From positions 38,671-102,670 of the forward strand of contig NMRA01000906.1 of assembly GCA_002633005.1 (NCBI GenBank): 64,000 bases of DNA, read 5' to 3'. Under the pieces are notes generated by a model. That model was given only the letters and a program-made list of their open reading frames with translations, searched no databases and was not told the DNA's origin. Source of the stretch: Phoronis australis (Eukaryota > Animalia > Phoronida). A program made the translations under genes and the position numbers. Shown piece by piece: positions 1-12,000 of the stretch. How positions within the stretch are numbered: position 1 is the first letter of the stretch; every line of letters begins with the position of its first letter.

Positions 1-503
1 GCCTGCTTGGTGATAATTGCGTTTCAAGTTCTGCAGAAAAATTGGATCCATTTGTTGCCTCGGTGTAGTAAACACTCTCATTCACACATGTTACGTTGTC
101 TACACATTCTCTTTTGACGTCAAGCGAGATGAACGACTTGCTGATCAATGGAGCTATGGCGCCGCCTAGTGTGTAACCTAGGGATATTACATGCAGCGGA
201 AAGGACGCCCCGTGTTTCCACATCTCTGAAACCATGGGATTTTTCACTGGAACGAAACAAATATTAAACTTTTGTCTAGAATTAAACCGAGTTTGTTTAA
301 CATATACTCAGATATCTCACACGTCATCAATTTAATGGAATGAATTAAAGTGATCAACTAAAATAGTTAGGAATGATTCGTTGTAGAGAATTCGCAGAGT
401 GACGCAGACCACATTATGTCTATGACTTGAAAGCAGTACGCCCGAGGACTCTGCAGGTATTTCGTGATCACGCCAGGGTCTGGCACTAATCGCTTGCTTA
501 GTA

Positions 504-1510
504 CATAGGCGGATTTAGGGGGGGGGGTCCGCCCCCCCCCTTGGCTGCCGCAAAAAAATAAAACGGTAAGAGCGTAGGGAAATGTTGAGTTTATTAACCC
601 CGGTAATTAAAAGTATACGGATGAAAAAAGATTTAAATGTGTGCAGTTTTAGTGTTGGGGGGAGGGGGGCCGGCTCAAATCCAATTTCAAGTGTCAAATT
701 CGGAACACGGCGCATTCGTAACGGAACTATGGCTAAGTATAGGCTCTCCCGCGATATCCCAAGCGACCGGCAGTGGCGCTGCGCACTACGACTCAGTTTC
801 CGTCGTCTGCTCCACTGTGCAATGAAGAAAATTTACTTCATTTTTTAAAGAAAATGGAACCTGAGTGACGATAAAAAAACAGAAGCTGCTGGTAAGATGG
901 GAATTTTAATAGAAGCCTTAGTGAATCACTCAGAAACTCGCAATACTCTCTTTGTCAAACCTTATGTTAAGACGATTTCCAAAGCAATCCCCGGTCATTA
1001 TTGCCAACACGAAAAACGGATTTGGTCTTTTGGGCATTTTAAGACTATTTTAAATACGACAAATTTGTTAAGAATTGATGGCACAAAACGTGTAATAAGC
1101 ATTACAAAAAGAAGTAGGTTTCGCGCGCAAACGCTGTGGACCATAAACAAGTAGGTCTCTTAATTTGAGTTTAGTGGCTAAGTCGTGGTGGTGTAGTGGT
1201 AACGCACGCGCGCTCTATGCGCAAGGTTGTTAGTACGAGTCTTTGGTACTTGCAGTTTTTCCTGATTGACACGTTCTCCGTGTTTTTTTTTGCCTTTTTT
1301 TCTTGGTTAATACTTCAGGAATCAAGGAAAATACTTGATTTTTAGAAGTCAAAACAGAAAAATTTCCTGGGCGGGAGGGGGGTAAACCCCGCTCCTGACC
1401 TCCCCCCATTCGGTGCTATGCGCATCTACAATCGTGGTTCAGTTTGCGCAAATGTTTACAGCAGGACAAAATGTTGGGCCCCCTCTTGTGATATCCTGGA
1501 TCCGCCACTG
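504..1510. mobile_element. Non-autonomous hAT-like DNA transposon (MITE) with 5-bp TSD
   Basis: Left end CATAGGCGGATTTAGGGGG; right end ATCCTGGATCCGCCACTG (rc CAGTGGCGGATCCAGG); G/C-run subterminal arms; flanked by TAGTA on both sides. Confidence 0.65.
1182..1250 (+). pseudogene. tRNA-like / SINE head remnant inside the MITE
   Basis: GTCGTGGTGGTGTAGTGGTAAC (A-box-like), then AGTACGAGTC (degenerate B-box), then T-runs; cloverleaf not intact. Confidence 0.35.
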
Positions 1511-1599
1511 TAGTATAACGCCATTTTGACGTTTTGGACACAGTTAACATCTATCCTAACTTAACAGCAAACTATAAATTGAGACCTGATTTATGTGGC

Positions 1600-2500
1600 A
1601 ATGCAAATCATTAATCATGTCGAAAATTAATTACTATCCGGCCATGGGCTTGGTCACTAGTAATCGTTCACAACTCCATGATATCATACTTTGGTTGCAA
1701 TTGTTGTTGGAGCCAACCGGTTAATCCAAACACGTAATTTTGAAAAACTTCAAGTGCTGTGGATATCGGAAAGGGACGAAATACCAAGACCTGTATTTCC
1801 ATTCAGTTTGTGGGTCTAAATCGCGGCGTATTAGTTATGCATACCTCATCAATAAACATCGAAATTATCGCGCGATTTGGATCTGGAAATAGGAACAGAC
1901 TATACTGTAGCCCGTGACATCCCACAGTGACGTCATACCAAGCACTAGTGGTGGTAAGCGAGATTATTTCAGAATCGTTGGTAGTGGGAAACCATTCCAA
2001 TTTGAGGCTGGATTTTGAAACTGTCCGGTTTTAATTGACATTGCCCTTGAGTACGGGCAAGCCTGCATGAAACCAGGTCAAACCACAGAGTTTCTTCTGA
2101 TTGTCTTACTAACAAGAGATGGCGCTACGCTATGCCCTCATAGAAGGATTTGCGTGTGGTGCAGGAGAAATATGTTTTGAGCAATACCACACAAACATAC
2201 AGGTGGGGTAAAGGATACTTCTTCTCATTTGAGAGGTCACAAAGTCCGATTTTGGTGCCATGAAATCGATTTTAGTGACAGAGGGACAGCCTCAAGATTT
2301 CGAATCCTTAAACACTATTAAACAAGTCTAATTCCGATGATAATCTCAAAAATGTCATGAACAAGGAACAGTGAAGGTGCAAATGGATTTGTTTACAACG
2401 AAGTAAGCTTAATAAGGGAAATGTGTTACCTTAGCCAGCAACGAGAAGAAATCGATGCACTTATTCGCATGCATCAATTCAATGATAAATTGAATAAATG
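1600..2500 (+). mobile_element. Highly decayed LINE 3' remnant
   Basis: Fragmentary frames end in LIREMCYL..QREEIDALIRMH followed by AATAAA, resembling invertebrate LINE ORF2 C-termini; many stops and frameshifts. Confidence 0.3.
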
Positions 2501-4371
2501 CATCCTGATTACTAATATTGTATGACAAGTACAGGGGTAATCTGAACGAGGCAATCTTCGCGCTGCACGCCGTTCACTTACTAATATAAATGCTTTGATA
2601 AGAAAAGTCAAGTAGGAAGTATACCAATCCGAACGTGACAACCGAGCTCGTATGCAGTAGAAGAAAATATAAAATTCCACCGCTGATGCATCCATAGGCA
2701 ACGATCAAGTTCCACCTGAAAGGAAGGGAGACATTCAGTGATAGTTCAAACTTTTCATTGCTCATACCTTACCTTACTCTTACAGTGACTTCTCACTGGA
2801 GTGGAACCTTTGCTTTTAGTTAGTATACAACTGAAGAAGAATAACACTGACCTCTTTAATAAACTCTGGTAAATGGCGGAAGAACAATTACCAACCACTA
2901 CATATTCGTTTGCGAAGAGTACGAGAGGACTACGCCGTCTCGTGTTTACTCTGGTGTTTAACATTAACTTTGACGCCGCTGTAAATTGGAAAAGGGAAAT
3001 GATGTTTCGACGAAGCTTCGATAAAACGAAGTTCCCCTAATGGGTAAGCAATATTAATGACGTTGCTAAAGAAGACTCTGTGCATTCTTGAGTTCATTCA
3101 CGCGATTTGATAAAGTAATATTTACAAGAACTGTTAATGCTATGAACGCTCAATTTGTCTTTTAGGATATTCAGTTCACCACTACCAATGTAGATCGTAA
3201 CGAAATGTATGCGGGTTTAACAATATTACCATGGCCGTCCAATCTTGAATTGCTTTCTAATGAGCAGACAATGCAAGTTACAAGTAACGCGCGAACATAC
3301 ACCATTTTCAATTTTATAATTTTAGGGTCGGCCCAACACCATATAAACTTTGAAGGTCTTTTCTTCTATTTTTATTTACAACAGAGATTGAAAAAAGATT
3401 ACGAGACCGAGTTTAAACATGATTATTTCCATTTTTGTGTTTGCACCAGCTAAACAGCGCCAGAGAAATGCTGCGTCAGATGTATTTAATCCACACGCTA
3501 CAGAGTGAACCCTTTCGCTTGCTCATGGTCACCACCGACTGAAGGCGATTTACCTTTTTGAAAACCGGCTTGCGAAAACAGACAGCGGTAGAAGAAGGAT
3601 ATTGCCAACTGACCCAAGTGACATAGCCGTTGCCATCGAAGAAAAGTTGCCATCTAGTCTTCTAAAAAGGTCAGGGAAACATATTGACATGTTGGTGTGC
3701 TGGAATGCCTGGAATTGAAAATATACAGACATAGGTTATCGTCAATAAGTTGTCTCGTGGCCCTGGGTCTAACAGTTTTCCTCGAAATCCAACTCGAATA
3801 TTCTTTTTGACATTTTCCGTTTTTGTTTAATACGAACTCATACATGTAATAATTGCATGTCACATCCTTGCATAAATACATTATATATTTCGCAAATTGG
3901 TGCATTTCGAATGTGATGACCCCTTTACTGGAGCTACAAACGAGAGTGAAACTCTAGATTCTTCATGGTATGAATACCCGATCGATGTACTTTATTGTCC
4001 CGCAAGTCCAGACAGCTTATTTCCATAGCTTTTGCGTTGGTGATTGCATAAGGCTAACCAGGTTAAAACAACCGAGTGCGTTCTACTTTTCTTATCAGAC
4101 AAGGAGCTGAAATCAGTTAGATTTTGACGTGCATAAACCCATTGGTAGTGTATTGCAGTTATTTTAGGAGTTCACAGGCCCCGACCTAGAAGAAATTGCA
4201 ACAGAAGGTTTTTTGTATAAATGGCATCTTTGAATATCCCTTGGTGCCAGAAAAAATCTACCGAAATCGGAGTGGCGGGAGTCGGTTTTTCAGGATGGCG
4301 GAAAAATGACCGGCCAAACCGGTGTTTACTGCTTTCTGGCATGTTACTCTCATGTAACAGCTGGAAATTAA

Positions 4372-5921
4372 AGTCCTTCTCTCACGCGTTGTTAACCCTT
4401 ATTACATGGTTAGAAGATGTTTAAGGATCCAAGAAGTACCTACCCCATAACTAATACACGATCTGTACTCGAAAACAGTTTAAATGAACGCGCCACTCAC
4501 GATTCGCACCCGAAGAAACACAGCCATTTTGAACTTGCCGCGAACCCGGAAGTACAATTCATTCAGGAACCCAGGCCGAGAAAACGCCGTCAGTGCGACT
4601 CGAGCAGTGCCTGTACTGTTACCAGCCAGCAAACGGGGATAAAANNNNNNNNNNNNNNNNNNNNNNNNNNNNNNNNNNNNNNNNNNNNNNNNNNNNNNNN
4701 NNNNNNNNNNNNNNNNNNNNNNNNNNNNNNNNNNNNNNNNNNNNNNNNNNNNNNNNNNNNNNNNNNNNNNNNNNNNNNNNNNNNNNNNNNNNNNNNNNNN
4801 NNNNNNNNNNNNNNNNNNNNNNNNNNNNNNNNNNNNNNNNNNNNNNNNNNNNNNNNNNNNNNNNNNNNNNNNNNNNNNNNNNNNNNNNNNNNNNNNNNNN
4901 NNNNNNNNNNNNNNNNNNNNNNNNNNNNNNNNNNNNNNNNNNNNNNNNNNNNNNNNNNNNNNNNNNNNNNNNNNNNNNNNNNNNNNNNNNNNNNNNNNNN
5001 NNNNNNNNNNNNNNNNNNNNNNNNNNNNNNNNNNNNNNNNNNNNNNNNNNNNNNNNNNNNNNNNNNNNNNNNNNNNNNNNNNNNNNNNNNNNNNNNNNNN
5101 NNNNNNNNNNNNNNNNNNNNNNNNNNNNNNNNNNNNNNNNNNNNNNNNNNNNNNNNNNNNNNNNNNNNNNNNNNNNNNNNNNNNNNNNNNNNNNNNNNNN
5201 NNNNNNNNNNNNNNNNNNNNNNNNNNNNNNNNNNNNNNNNNNNNNNNNNNNNNNNNNNNNNNNNNNNNNNNNNNNNNNNNNNNNNNNNNNNNNNNNNNNN
5301 NNNNNNNNNNNNNNNNNNNNNNNNNNNNNNNNNNNNNNNNNNNNNNNNNNNNNNNNNNNNNNNNNNNNNNNNNNNNNNNNNNNNNNNNNNNNNNNNNNNN
5401 NNNNNNNNNNNNNNNNNNNNNNNNNNNNNNNNNNNNNNNNNNNNNNNNNNNNNNNNNNNNNNNNNNNNNNNNNNNNNNNNNNNNNNNNNNNNNNNNNNNN
5501 NNNNNNNNNNNNNNNNNNNNNNNNNNNNNNNNNNNNNNNNNNNNNNNNNNNNNNNNNNNNNNNNNNNNNNNNNNNNNNNNNNNNNNNNNNNNNNNNNNNN
5601 NNNNNNNNNNNNNNNNNNNNNNNNNNNNNNNNNNNNNNNNNNNAATGAAGACTTTTCGAGCAAGCCATAGCACATTCAGTTATAAGGAAAAATGGCGGCG
5701 TTCAGTACAAGTTCCTGAACTGATGAGCCGGAAATGTGGGTACGGAAATAACCGATGACAACCGGTAATCATACGCTCAGAGAAAAGGGTCAAATACGGT
5801 TGAAAAATCGCTTTTGGCAAGAAAGGCGAAAAGAATGTAAAGAAAGGGTGTCGAAAATAAGATTTTATGTAGTAAGTATTTTCGGATACTAGAACCACAT
5901 GGGCAGTTTGCAACAAGGACT
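4372..5921. mobile_element. Kolobok-type non-autonomous element (TTAA TSD), interior lost in assembly gap
   Basis: TTAA|AGTCCTT ... AAGGACT|TTAA; both arms are near-identical to the arms of the 33756-36535 element. Confidence 0.75.
4645..5643. other. Assembly gap (~1 kb of N)
   Basis: Run of N. Confidence 0.99.
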
Positions 5922-6799
5922 TTAAAAAATAAAGCTTGTCATTGATTATATACTTTTCATTACTGGCATACCAACCAAAAGATGCCAATTTTCCGTAAAA
6001 TAAACCAATATGGCCTACATGGCCGACAAAATGACGGTCGAAACGGTAATTTGGTACATGTTGCAAAATTCATTTTCATATTTTTTCCTGAAAATTGCAA
6101 AATATCTATGCTTTTGTAAGTTAGACAATTGAAAATATCTGGACCTTACAGTTAGTCAGTGGTTGGAGAGAAAACATCGAGATGGTTGACAAAATGGCCG
6201 CCAACTCACAAAACCACAATTTACTGCATGTGCATTCTGTAAACTTTGTTTGTAACCTGATAACAGTTTACAAAATATCAGTGTACAGTCTACAGTCAGG
6301 CTGATTGTTTATATAATTTGTTTTTACGATTTAGATTCTAAATGTGGAATTTTAATCACATATTAGATAATTTAACATAAAAACTGGTGTGTTTTCAAAA
6401 AAGGCTTTAGGTAAATTTTCATAATAAATTTCACACACTCAATTTTTTTCTGTAAAATATATTCACTTGAGGTATCATAAAGAATATTTTTTAGAAAAAT
6501 AAATAATTGTGGAGGAATTATTGGCTTATTCATTACACAAACCCTGAATCATACTGGGCAGGAAGTGGCTTAGTTTGCTCTCAGCAATTGGAGATATTAT
6601 TAGTTGTTCTCAAGGGTTTCTTCTGCTCCTGAAACGAGTGGAGAATTTGGCTGCTGATTGCACCTGAATTTGATGAAAAGTAAATAAATTTTTGTAACAA
6701 AAACTTAATTATTAAATGTTAGTTTTATATGCATGCTTTTTATAGACATGGGTAACTGATTTAAGAGGAAATTAGTGCCTGCAAACCTAACGATAGTGA

Positions 6800-8150
6800 T
6801 CTGCTGTCACTTGTTCTTAGCCTGGCTTGGCGGATTGCATACTAGGATGAGCTTTCTGGGATGTATTGGATACGTTATATCAGGCACCGCGTTTCCAGAA
6901 GTTCTTGAGACAGTGCATTCACCAAACAGCGTGATCCTTATGTTAAATGGAAAAAGTGTGGATGAAGCAGTGAGGGGGTATATGTTGGTACACTCAGCAA
7001 TGATGCTATTATAACAGCCAGAGCATTCAACACCCCACTTCCAAATATTGACAGATCAAGTAACAGAAATACAAAACCAATGAATTCACGATTTGAAGAA
7101 AGAAGTTCCGGTTCGTCAGAAATTCCAGGAGTACCGAATGTCACCTACACAGAACATACAGATTCCGTATTAAAATGTGGAGCAATTCAATGCTTGTTCA
7201 CAAAGGTTGGCTCGTCAGAATACATGGAGACAGATTCTTCAGACATCCTAACTGATCACATAACTAGATATGTTTACACTGGGATATGCAATGCACAAGC
7301 AGGGTCTTCTGATTCTGAACCTTATTGGATTACAGTGGCATACCCTCACGAGGGTGCACTTCCGGCTTCCGACATACTGCCACTGATATATTTAAAGACG
7401 ATTGAATCAGAGTATAAGTCTTCAGAATTCGCAGTGGCAGAGAATGGTTCGCCGGAAGGATCAGTGACCAGTGATATACTTGCTGATGCTTTGAAGGCTG
7501 GTCTGAAGCTATCTGGTGATCTTATTGTCGGCGTGACGTCTATGCGCAGCGATGTATACTCTTCGGAGTGTCTTGTAAGAATCCATTAAAATGGAAGCAC
7601 ACAAATCAGACTTGTCCTTGCAAAGTCGAACCAGATACAATATATGAAGATGGTTGCTTTACTTTGCAGCTCCTGTTCACAACGTTTATGCAAAATGCGT
7701 ATTCAGATACATGTACTTGTAACAGATACAGCAACTCAACGACACCCATCCAGACGTCTACAGCACCTTTGTTAACGGCCACCATGCCATAAGACGAAGT
7801 GACAGATTCTGGGCAGGCGTGTCATATTATCTTGTAATTGAACAAACACTCATAAAAACATTAATCAAAACGCGGTTTAACTGGAAGCTTCAAAATGGGA
7901 GATACGCGGAGTGCACAGCTTTCCTTGCCTACATGCTCAAGTACATATAAACGGTGCCATGCAGAGTATGACGAAGTTGAGTTGTGAAACAAGTGAGCAG
8001 AATAAAGCATGTACCCAGGCAAGACAGTCGTGGGATGACAAAGTCATCCTCAATTCATGAAACCAAGAGCAGAGCCTGGGACATCACGAAACTACATTTG
8101 TCTCTTCGTGCCGAAACATGTGCGCTTTTGCCATTTATGCATGCAAAAGA
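6800..8150 (+). pseudogene. AcademX transposase/XPG-nuclease remnant (copy A)
   Basis: LGGLHTRMSFLGCIGYVISG...MLNGKSVDEAVRGYMLV (6825-7000); DRFWAG, VIEQTL, INGAMQSMT, QNKACTQARQ (7800-8035); AWDITKLHLSLRAETCALLPFMHA (8070-8145). AAAATGGCCGCC-type subterminal sequence at ~4180-4310 and 6190. Confidence 0.75.
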
Positions 8151-8394
8151 CCTAACTCAAGCGGCGGCCATTAAAATCCAAAGCGAGGCTCACTGCGATA
8201 AACAAAGCGGAAATTTTCATTGCATGAGTTAAATGGCCGGTCTTTCGAGTCCAACCTGGATATTAAATCTTAAAATATGTGTCGGTAATTAACCACAGAG
8301 ACGTAGAAAAATACATTAGAGAACAAGTCAATGCACCGAAGAGTTGTCTGACGAAAGGGTATAAGTATTTTTTCGGAAAATTAGCTTCGTAGCT

Positions 8395-8575
8395 AGTAAA
8401 TGTTAAAGTAGTCTGGAATCCAAACATTGTGTTTGAAAGCTTAACTCTTTAGCTATAAAATGGCACCACTTTTGTCCCCAAAGACTTCATATTAATGGCA
8501 CTGGGATGCTTTGAACATGACTTGTTTCACCCTTCCAACAGATGCCTCTTCCCAGGCATGTACTCGGGCATGATC
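8395..8575 (+). repeat. Partial duplicate of 9165-9343, ending at an N
   Basis: ~180 bp nearly identical to the left arm of the 9093 element; stops at the single N at 8576. Confidence 0.8.
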
Positions 8576-9092
8576 NAGTGTTACACATGAGCCAGCAGTA
8601 CAGAGTACTTGTCGAGGGATCTCCTGATGTTGAGATCTACGCTATCTTCATGTAATACACTTAATTCTGGTCACGCGAACAAAACATTACAACTCACTAA
8701 CTAGGTCAACTGGGGTCTTCAGTCTTGTATGCATGAACACCTGACTGACCTATTTTCTATGCAAATTGCCCTGCTGCCCATTTTTGAATTTCATGGTTGG
8801 CCAACCCCAATTAAAACTTGAAGACCATTTTCTGGGCTATGCCTTTTTCTGACCGGTTGAGGTACAGTTTATATGTTGTTATTGGCAACAGCAAACAAGT
8901 CTTACAGAAAATTTGAAATAGTAAAACTATTAAAACTGAAATGACGAAGGTGGGTACTAAAATATATTAAAATATCCCCATGTATCGAGCGATGCGCTCC
9001 TTGTCAAGGGTGTGCTACAGGCTGCTGAATACATGTGGATAGATCAAAAACTTGACAGCAAGCCTAGTTTAGAAGAATGAAATGCCTACTAT

Positions 9093-12000
9093 CAGGAAGA
9101 GATAACCAGGAAGGGACAACTGTTTTAGTGCACTTTAACGTATTTTCAAAGGTGATTTCAAAAGTAAATGTTAAAGTAGTCTGGAATCCAAGCATTGTGT
9201 TTGAAAGCTTAACTCTTTAGCTATAAAAGGACACCACTTTTGTCCCCAAAGACTTCGTATTAATGGCACTGGGATGCTTTGAACATGACTTGTTTTACCC
9301 TTCCAAAAGATGCCTCTTCCCAGGCATGTACTCGGGCATGATCCTCTTTTTTGAACCAACAGATGTCACTAATATATGCAAATGAGGCTCGCATCGTCTA
9401 CGTCATACGACGTCATACGGTGCGAGCTTCCAATTTGAACCCTTTGAGTGACTATAGTGAATGACTTGAAACGCAGTTCTATCTGATTGGGCAGATCTAA
9501 GAAAATTAAGAACTCATACAAGTCAATGTTCAAAGAACATTGAATGGTTTCACATGAAAATACATTTAATTGTATTTCGATACGTTTGCATGTGTGTATG
9601 CGTGGACTTCGTCATCTTGCTTAAATCCAGATTTAGAAGCAGGTGTTAGTCAAGAAATTAGCTGCTCCCGCCACGGTGGCCGGTGTCGTGGCGTCGCCGG
9701 GAAGTCTGATCCATGCATGCGCAATTCGACGAACTAATGCTAGTCGCTGGTCAGCTCTGCTATGATTCATGCGCAATTCGACGAACTAATTCTAGTCGCT
9801 GGTCAGCTCCGCTATGATTCATTTGAGACGTGCGGCTTAACTCGAACCTATACCCGTGTTCTGGCTCCAAGGTCGTTTTTTGACCCAGTTTCGGGAAAAG
9901 TTCATTTTAATACGGTCATTTCCTGAAGATTTTTTGGAAAGATATGATCCCGAAATCCTTGGCCTATAGAGCTGTATCAAAATTCCTTGTTGAAACACGG
10001 CCACTGGTCCAGCTTCTGCAGGGCGGCTGGGAAAATGAACGCGTGTCCCAAAAATGCACACACTTCAACCCCTCAGTGCAGTTCAAGTTCTTTCCCCGTC
10101 AATCACTGTGCGCGGATTCTACTGCATGACTACACCTTATTTTTAACGTGGGTGCGTCACTGAGTCACAACGTGTCCAGCCTTTGCAGTGTGCACGGGAA
10201 TGGCAAGCAAACGATTCGGTCTAGAAGAACCTAAATTCATTGCACAATACTGGGAACTACAAGCATCAAGGAAGTGCAAAGACAATCTTTCCAAATTTAT
10301 GAGCAATGACTTGAACTTCTTTTTTGATCTACGGTTTGTAAATTTTTGAATTTCATTAGTCTAGTTTTTAATTCAATAAAGCATTTAGAGCTGCCCCACA
10401 TTCAAGAAATACCCCTGTTATCGTTTAGGGTCCTTCTTTGCGATATGGTGGTCTGATGATGGATCGAATTTTTGCCTTCAGGCTTCAACTAAGTTCAGTG
10501 ACGCATCGCCATTTCTTACAAGACAGCTTCTGTGCTGTGCACGAATGTTTTGTGTTTTTGATGAATTTGGAATCTCAACTTCCCCTCATGAGTAGTTGGT
10601 AGTGTCATGCCGGAGGTGTACAGAAGGCGCAGTACTGAAAAAAGTGAGGGCTAAAGCCCCCTCAGCCCCCCTGTAGTGCACCGCCTATGGACCACTGGAA
10701 AACTTGGACTGAATTAATACGCTCCGAAAAACTTTTGCTTCACAAATTTTCTCGAATTTTCGAAATACATGTATGAATGATTAAGTGCACATTTTCAAGG
10801 GCACTTAGACGACCTATGCTGCAAAAACGGAGACCCTAACAACAATTGTCCTGGCCAGGGCCCTCAAATGGTAAGCCATACACTGATACCGAGTTGTCAA
10901 TGTTCTCTTGAATTTTCGCTCTGATCAGTATTCGAAGTCTTTCTTTTTTGTCTTTCCCCAGCCCCACACCTTTGTCGGTTGCCATGGTTTGACCCTGAGG
11001 CATGCAATTTTTTTGGGGTGGCACTCGCCCTCCCCCCGCTTACTAAGGTCCTGATGCAAGGAGTCCATCGTTGGTCCAAGGTCAATGTTGTGTTTCAACA
11101 CGCATTCGTTGTATAGCTTGAGCATTAAATTAAAGGTTTAAGAAATACAGTATCAGTTTTGCGCGTTTAAAGGCGAAGGCAACCTTTTTTCATGTCATTT
11201 TTAGCAAAAATAAGGTTCGTTGATTATCCCAGACATATTTTTCACTTATTTACTGCTTTTCGTAATTTAATTGATTACTCGTTGTCTACTCCGGAAGTGA
11301 CGTTTTGGAAGGCAAGAATTTCGCGCCAATTTCTTTTCATATAGTCTGACTGTGAGAGCAGTCGAGTCAGTCATTGTTCTACCTCGGTTGTGATAAGTTC
11401 GGTCGTCGTTTGCTTTTGCTTAGGAGTCAGTCAACATGCCACGCTGTTGCTGCGTACTGGGGTGTACTCATTATTGTCTCACGTACAGAGTAAGAACTGT
11501 CCCACTTGCCCGAGTGTCCCGCGACACACTCCCACTGAAGAGTGATCTGAGCACCCAAATTGCTTGCATCCCGCCGTGTGACTCCCTCGCCACACACCTG
11601 GCACCTTCCAAATAGCTCCAATACAAGTCCACAATAAACTTATCAAACTTAGGCTCACCGATCTGTTCATTGGATGACGAACTGTCCTCTTCACTGGGTG
11701 TCGAACTGGGCCTGTATTCACTCCCACTACTCAACATCGCTGCAGGACTGCTTACACGCTCTGGGCTCAGAGACAACAGCACAGGGCGAATCACTGCTAG
11801 TTTCCGAAATTGCACGCAATGGGGTACGTTCGGAGGCACGGGTGACAGCAGATGAAGTGCCTCCAGTCAGTGTATATAGTGGCCACAGCTCCCGAGGCTT
11901 CTCGCTTCAAAAACGCAATTCTCGGGGTTGGCGACGGAGCACTGCCGGGAATCGACAGCGACGGTAAGGTACCCTTCTTAAGGCGTTGTTTTGCAGTGAC

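Noticed and set aside
1182-1250. Functional tRNA gene
   Set aside because: B-box degenerate and stems do not pair; at best a SINE or pseudogene.
4417-5675. Long ORFs of 349-417 aa
   Set aside because: Artefacts of reading through the N-gap.
8395-8575. Possible third Sola-like copy or LTR pair
   Set aside because: Short, lacks the TIR and ends exactly at an N; likely a contig-join/haplotype duplicate or a fragment.
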